From Flavobacteriales bacterium (GTDB lineage: Bacteria; Bacteroidota; Bacteroidia; Flavobacteriales; BACL11), in NCBI GenBank assembly GCA_002683775.1, contig NYTT01000067.1, positions 1 to 37,708 on the forward strand: DNA of 37,708 nucleotides. Direction: 5' to 3'. Made by a program: the position numbers and the translations under genes. Of this stretch, positions 33,437 through 37,708 are shown piece by piece. Under the pieces are notes generated by a model, which made no database searches, was not told where the DNA came from, and worked only from the letters and a program-made list of their open reading frames with translations. The number at the start of each line of letters is the position of its first letter. The first letter of the stretch is position 1.

Positions 33437-34409
33437 ATTCATTATAGATTACTTCCAAAAGAGTTTGTCCTACAGCATTAAGTGTGTTTTTGTCAATGTT
33501 ATCCATATCATCCTTATGGGTATGCCAGTATTTATTGAAATTAGTCTTAGTGGCTGGGTCGTATTCAATGATATCAATCGTTGGTATGCCTGTAATTGTA
33601 TTTACATAGTAATGATCATCAAGAATTTCATTAGCATCTTCAAAAATAAAATAATTACCATAACCTAATTTATTTGCTTTTCTCCAGACTTTTTGTAAAA
33701 CATTATACCCATAAGAAGCTGAAATTTTTTCGTGTCTAAAAGTAGCGTCTTTACCTCCAACCATATCTAACAAAATACCATATCTAGCATAATAATTGGG
33801 TTTATGTAAATTAGCACTCCAGTATTGAGAACCTAAGCACCAAGAATCTTGCATAAATGGGAATTTTGAATTTTCCGGCTGGCCATAATCTTCTGCATCA
33901 AAAAGGATAATATCAATTCCAATTTTTGGGTTCTTGATGCTAAAATTACGAGCTAATTCCATTAAAACTCCAACTCCACTTCCTCCATCATTTGCTCCAA
34001 GTATTGGGCGATTTTGGTTTTTAGTATCATGGTCAGCAATGTGGCGAGAATCCCAATGTGCAAAAAGGGCTATTCTATTGTTTTTTTCTGGAGAGAAACT
34101 TGCAATAATATTTTTTAGAGTATGATTTTTGCCATCATAAGTTCTGATCGGGGCTTCTTGTACGATTACATTTTGTGTGTAATTTTTGAATTTTTTTTCT
34201 AACCAAATAGCACAATTTTTCCACGCCTTTGATGAGATAACTCTAGGTCCAAAATTTACTTGTTTTTGAATGTAACTATATGCAGAGTCTGCATTAAAAG
34301 TAGGAACTTCAATTTTTACTTTCAGTTTTGAAACAGTTTCAGTTTTTTGCTTAGGTTCGTTGGTACAAGCAAAAATAAATAAAGTAGATATGATTAGCAC
34401 AACTCTCAT
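33435..34409 (-). CDS. M28-family zinc protein, glutaminyl-peptide cyclotransferase-like lipoprotein
   Basis: Lipobox LFIFAC. M28/QC metal-site context: FAHWDSRHIADHD, GANDGGSGVGVLMELAR, ILFDAEDYG, YWHTHKDD. Resembles the animal-type glutaminyl cyclases found as lipoproteins in Bacteroidota. Confidence 0.7.
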   Translation of the reverse strand: MRVVLIISTLFIFACTNEPKQKTETVSKLKVKIEVPTFNADSAYSYIQKQVNFGPRVISSKAWKNCAIWLEKKFKNYTQNVIVQEAPIRTYDGKNHTLKNIIASFSPEKNNRIALFAHWDSRHIADHDTKNQNRPILGANDGGSGVGVLMELARNFSIKNPKIGIDIILFDAEDYGQPENSKFPFMQDSWCLGSQYWSANLHKPNYYARYGILLDMVGGKDATFRHEKISASYGYNVLQKVWRKANKLGYGNYFIFEDANEILDDHYYVNTITGIPTIDIIEYDPATKTNFNKYWHTHKDDMDNIDKNTLNAVGQTLLEVIYNE

Positions 34410-34528
34410 TTTGTTTATACCTTTTTAAATTTTTTCTGGAAAATCCCTAAAATATTTTCAATCACTTTTTGTATTCATTTTGATTCGTAATTAACAAATT
34501 AGCACATCTTCAGCTCATCCTATTTGAT

Positions 34529-35998
34529 TTAACTTTTAACTTCCCAACTACTTCCTTCTCTACTGTCTTTTATCTGAATTCCTACTTTATTTAATTCATC
34601 TCGAATCAAATCAGAAGTATTAAAATCTTTGTTTTTTTTAGCATTTCCTCTGAGTTGAAGAACAAGCTCCATGACCTCATTTGTAAGATCGTTTCCACTA
34701 CTTTCTTTAGCAGAAATAAGCCCTAAAATATCAGTAACAAAAATATTGAAAATTGATTTTAACTTTTCTACATCAGAAGATTTTAAACTTTCTTTTCCGT
34801 CTTTTACTGAGTTAATAATCCTAACTCCATCAAATAAATGTGCAATGACAATAGGCGTGTTAAAATCATCATTTATTGCATCGTAGCATTTTTTTTCTAG
34901 TCCACTTACATCATAAGTTGAGCTATCTGAATAAGTAAGTGATTGCAAGGTTTCCATCGCATTCATAAGTTTTTTAAGTCCTTTTTCAGCGGCTTGTAAA
35001 GCCCCATTACTAAAATCTATTGTACTTCTGTAGTGTGCTTGTAAGATGAAAAAACGAATAGTCATTGGAGAATATGCTCTATCTAATTTATCGTGATTTC
35101 CATCAAAAAATTCTTCTAAATTAATGAAGTTCCCAAGAGATTTACCCATTTTTTTACCATCTACAGTAATCATATTATTGTGCATCCAATAGTTCACAGG
35201 GTTACAATTGTTACATGCATTACTTTGGGCTATTTCTGCTTCATGATGTGGAAATACTAAGTCCATTCCACCGCCATGAATATCAAAAGTTTTACCTAGA
35301 TATTTTTCGCTCATTGCAGAACACTCCATATGCCATCCAGGAAACCCTTCCCCCCAAGGGGAACTCCATCTCATAATATGTTCTGAGGTTGCTTTCTTCC
35401 AAATAGCAAAGTCAACTGCACTTTTCTTTTCTGATTGACCGTCTAATACTCTTGTCCCTTCTAATGTGTCCTCTATATTTCTTCCAGATAAAGCACCATA
35501 AGGATATTTTTTATTGTACTTATTTACATCTAAATATATTGAACCATTTACTTCATAAGCAAATCCATTTTTAAGAATTTGTTTTACCATTTCAATTTGT
35601 TCAATAATATGGCCTGTTGCTCTTGGTTCTATTGATGGGGGTAAACAGTTTAGAGCATTCATAGCTTTATGGTAACTTATAGTGTAAAATTGAACAACCT
35701 CCATAGGTTCAAGCTCTTCTAGTCTTGCTTTTTTTGCAATTTTATCCTCTCCTTCCTCTGCATCATTTTCAAGGTGGCCTGCATCTGTTATATTCCTAAC
35801 ATATCTTACTTTGTAATTTGAGTGTTTTAAATACCTAAATACTACATCGAAAGTTATTGCAGGTCTTGCATGACCTAAATGAGGATCACCATAAACTGTA
35901 GGGCCACAAACATATAGCCCTACATGATTTTTAATAATCGACTTAAATTCTTCTTTCTTTCGAGAAAGGGTATTATAGATTTTAATTTTTCTACTCAT
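34529..35998 (-). CDS. cysS: Cysteine--tRNA ligase
   Basis: Class I HIGH motif (HLGHARP) and KMSKS motif (KMGKSLGN), with WPGWHMECS-type zinc/Cys-binding context ([11 protein letters not shown]). Confidence 0.93.
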   Translation of the reverse strand: MSRKIKIYNTLSRKKEEFKSIIKNHVGLYVCGPTVYGDPHLGHARPAITFDVVFRYLKHSNYKVRYVRNITDAGHLENDAEEGEDKIAKKARLEELEPMEVVQFYTISYHKAMNALNCLPPSIEPRATGHIIEQIEMVKQILKNGFAYEVNGSIYLDVNKYNKKYPYGALSGRNIEDTLEGTRVLDGQSEKKSAVDFAIWKKATSEHIMRWSSPWGEGFPGWHMECSAMSEKYLGKTFDIHGGGMDLVFPHHEAEIAQSNACNNCNPVNYWMHNNMITVDGKKMGKSLGNFINLEEFFDGNHDKLDRAYSPMTIRFFILQAHYRSTIDFSNGALQAAEKGLKKLMNAMETLQSLTYSDSSTYDVSGLEKKCYDAINDDFNTPIVIAHLFDGVRIINSVKDGKESLKSSDVEKLKSIFNIFVTDILGLISAKESSGNDLTNEVMELVLQLRGNAKKNKDFNTSDLIRDELNKVGIQIKDSREGSSWEVKS

Positions 35999-36010
35999 AG
36001 TTAAGTAATG

Positions 36011-36955
36011 TTACAGTTTCTTTTGAAGATTTGCAATCATATCTTTTGTAATATTTTCTAAATCATATTTTTTTCTCCAGCCCCAGTCTTGTTTAGCATT
36101 CGAATCATTTATTGATGAAGGCCAAGAATCTGCAATGTCTTGTCGATAGTCAATGTTGTAACTAATTTCAAAATTAGTAATATGTTTGGATATTTCAGCT
36201 GCAATTTCTTTAGGCGAAAAACTTACTCCTGCTAAATTATATGAAGATCTTATTTTTATTTGATTTGCTGGAGCTTGCATTATTTGTATCGTTGCTCTTA
36301 TTGCATCAAACATATGCATCATAGGTAGCTGAGTGTTTTCTGCAATAAAGCTAGTATATTTTCCATATTTAATAGCATTATAGAATATATCTACTGCATA
36401 ATCTGTTGTTCCCCCACCTGGGGCTGCTTTCCATCCAAGTAAACCAGGATATCGCAAACTTCTTACATCAACTCCAAATTTATTAAAATAGTATTCATTC
36501 CATCTTTCTCCTGCTAACTTTGAAATTCCATAAACCGTATTTGGCTCCATAATGGCATGTTGAGGAGCATTATTAGGAGTTGTTGGGCCAAAAACAGCAA
36601 TTGAAGATGGCCAAAATATCTTTTTTATTAAACCATCTTTTGCTAAATCTAAAACATGTGAATGAGATCGAGTATTTAGTTGCCATCCCAACTCAATATT
36701 TTTTTCTGCAGTTGCAGATAGTAATGCAGCCAGTAGGTATACTTGCGAAATATTGTATCTCTTAACTATATCTCTAAGTAACCTTTCATCCATTACATCT
36801 AGATATTCAAAAGGACCAGAATTCATAACCTCTTCTGATGAGGTTTTTATATCGGAGGCTATTACATTTTCATTCCCGTGTATCTTTCTAAGTTCAATAA
36901 CCAGTTCAGTACCTATTTGCCCTGAGGAGCCAATAATTAAAATTTTTTCATCCAT
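36011..36955 (-). CDS. NAD-dependent epimerase/dehydratase-family protein, L-threonine 3-dehydrogenase-like
   Basis: GSSGQIGTEL Rossmann motif and YGISK (YxxxK). The length and N-terminus resemble the short-chain, UDP-galactose-4-epimerase-like type of threonine dehydrogenase. The specific activity is inference. Confidence 0.7.
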   Translation of the reverse strand: MDEKILIIGSSGQIGTELVIELRKIHGNENVIASDIKTSSEEVMNSGPFEYLDVMDERLLRDIVKRYNISQVYLLAALLSATAEKNIELGWQLNTRSHSHVLDLAKDGLIKKIFWPSSIAVFGPTTPNNAPQHAIMEPNTVYGISKLAGERWNEYYFNKFGVDVRSLRYPGLLGWKAAPGGGTTDYAVDIFYNAIKYGKYTSFIAENTQLPMMHMFDAIRATIQIMQAPANQIKIRSSYNLAGVSFSPKEIAAEISKHITNFEISYNIDYRQDIADSWPSSINDSNAKQDWGWRKKYDLENITKDMIANLQKKL

Positions 36956-36969
36956 TTTAAAGATTTGTA

Positions 36970-36977
36970 CAAAGATA
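36970..36977 (-). promoter_or_regulatory. -7 promoter box TATCTTTG for the tdh-like/cysS unit
   Basis: Exact TAnnTTTG on the minus strand, 14 nt upstream of the ATG at 36955. Confidence 0.4.
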
Positions 36978-37033
36978 ACATATTACGTTATTTGAATCAA
37001 AATATTTTTTGTGGATTAAATTTTGAGATTTTG

Positions 37034-37041
37034 TATCTTTG
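37034..37041 (+). promoter_or_regulatory. -7 promoter box TATCTTTG for trhO
   Basis: Exact TAnnTTTG, 24 nt upstream of the ATG at 37066. Confidence 0.4.
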
Positions 37042-37065
37042 CATCGCTTGATAAAAAGAGAAATT

Positions 37066-37708
37066 ATGGACCCAAATACTGGAAAAAAAGATATGTTCAA
37101 TAAATTGAGTAAAGAACTCGCACTTAGAAAACTAGGTGAAGAACAATTTAATAGGAAGACCATATCTTTTTATCGCTATGTGATTTTAGATAATCCCAAT
37201 GAATTAAGAGATTCTTTATATAAAGATTGGAAAAACTTATCCGTCTTTGGCAGAATATATTTAGCTAATGAGGGGATAAATGCACAATTAAGTGTTCCAG
37301 AGCATAATTGGGATAAATTCGTATCTAATGTACATTCAAATAAATATTTCAAGAAGATGCCATTTAAAATTGCTGTTGAAGAAAACGGCCTCTCTTTTTA
37401 CAAATTAACTATTAAAGTAAGAGATCAAATTGTTGCTGATGGTTTACCAATTAACGAATATGACGTTACAAATGTAGGAGCACATTTAAATGCTAAAGAA
37501 TGGAATAAAGCAATGGATAATGGAGCAGTGGTTGTTGATATGAGAAATCATTATGAAAGTGAAATTGGAAAATTTGAAGGAGCTATTTGCCCTGATGTTG
37601 AAACTTTTAAAGAAGAATTACCAGTTGTTAAAGACTTGTTGAAAGGCAAGGAAGATAAGCAGATACTTTTATATTGTACAGGTGGTATTAGGTGTGAAAA
37701 AACTTCTG
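37066..37708 (+). CDS. trhO: Rhodanese-domain protein of the UPF0176/YceA family (tRNA uridine(34) hydroxylase TrhO), 5' part; runs off the right edge
   Basis: Absent from the ORF track (no stop in window). My translation: MDPNTGKKDMFNKLSKELALRKLGEEQFNRKTISFYRYV...GRIYLANEGINAQLSVP...VVVDMRNHYESEIGKFEGA...LLYCTGGIRCEKTS. It includes the rhodanese active-site loop CTGGIRCEK. Confidence 0.85.
   Translation, partial: MDPNTGKKDMFNKLSKELALRKLGEEQFNRKTISFYRYVILDNPNELRDSLYKDWKNLSVFGRIYLANEGINAQLSVPEHNWDKFVSNVHSNKYFKKMPFKIAVEENGLSFYKLTIKVRDQIVADGLPINEYDVTNVGAHLNAKEWNKAMDNGAVVVDMRNHYESEIGKFEGAICPDVETFKEELPVVKDLLKGKEDKQILLYCTGGIRCEKTS

Noticed and set aside
36957-37163. 68-aa minus-strand ORF spanning the tdh/trhO intergenic region.
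   Set aside because: It covers both divergent -7 boxes and the conserved 5' end of trhO, and its translation is low-complexity. Rejected as spurious. The plus-strand ORF at 36753-36995, antisense to the tdh-like gene, is rejected for the same reasons.
1-37708. Search for CRISPR arrays, tRNA/rRNA genes, insertion sequences, integrases, prophage or defence-island genes.
   Set aside because: There are no regularly spaced direct repeats and no GC-rich structured segments other than the single terminator at 21198-21221. No transposase, integrase, recombinase, restriction, Cas, reverse-transcriptase or toxin-antitoxin-like translations appear in any ORF, and no obvious compositional break is visible by eye.

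Overview
By eye this is a low-GC (about 30% G+C), very gene-dense chromosomal segment. It looks like Bacteroidota, probably a streamlined Flavobacteriia-type genome. Three observations support that: TAnnTTTG -7 promoter boxes precede most transcription units, start codons have A-rich leaders with no Shine-Dalgarno sequence, and the succinate dehydrogenase operon (sdhCAB) is the cytochrome b558 type. Several convergent gene pairs overlap by 4-14 nt. Most of the window is housekeeping:
- sufA-sufB (sufB runs off the left edge), thiL, a pepP-like aminopeptidase, and sdhCAB followed by a nitrilase-family amidase
- class II ribonucleotide reductase nrdJ, purQ, purD, a yebC-family gene and lepA
- a rhomboid protease, polA, a metC/metB-family enzyme with an SDR, and an EamA transporter
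- yicC-gmk-nadD, a DEAD-box helicase, an M28/glutaminyl-cyclase-like lipoprotein, cysS and a tdh-like epimerase-family dehydrogenase
- a partial trhO (rhodanese) at the right edge
I found no rRNA, tRNA, CRISPR array, transposase, integrase, phage gene or recognisable defence or toxin-antitoxin gene. The only accessory-looking stretch is about 28.3-33.4 kb. It is a divergent pair of units around a repeat-rich promoter region. One arm carries a frameshifted HxlR-type regulator, an ABC exporter and, after a weak hairpin, an FIH-like JmjC/cupin oxygenase. That oxygenase has Ala in place of its iron-binding Asp (HxA...H). The other arm carries a YceI-domain protein with an N-terminal CDGSH-like Cys3His motif, a pirin with a Tat-like N-terminal extension, and a small basic ORF. 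I read this as a candidate redox/electrophile-responsive module with an unusual oxygenase. It is the best lead in the window, but every functional statement about it is inference from sequence. Secondary observations:
- a PolA whose 3'-5' exonuclease carboxylates are all replaced
- two tandem, apparently paralogous small membrane proteins next to the only GC-rich terminator hairpin
- a 58-codon ORF missing from the track that has its own promoter box
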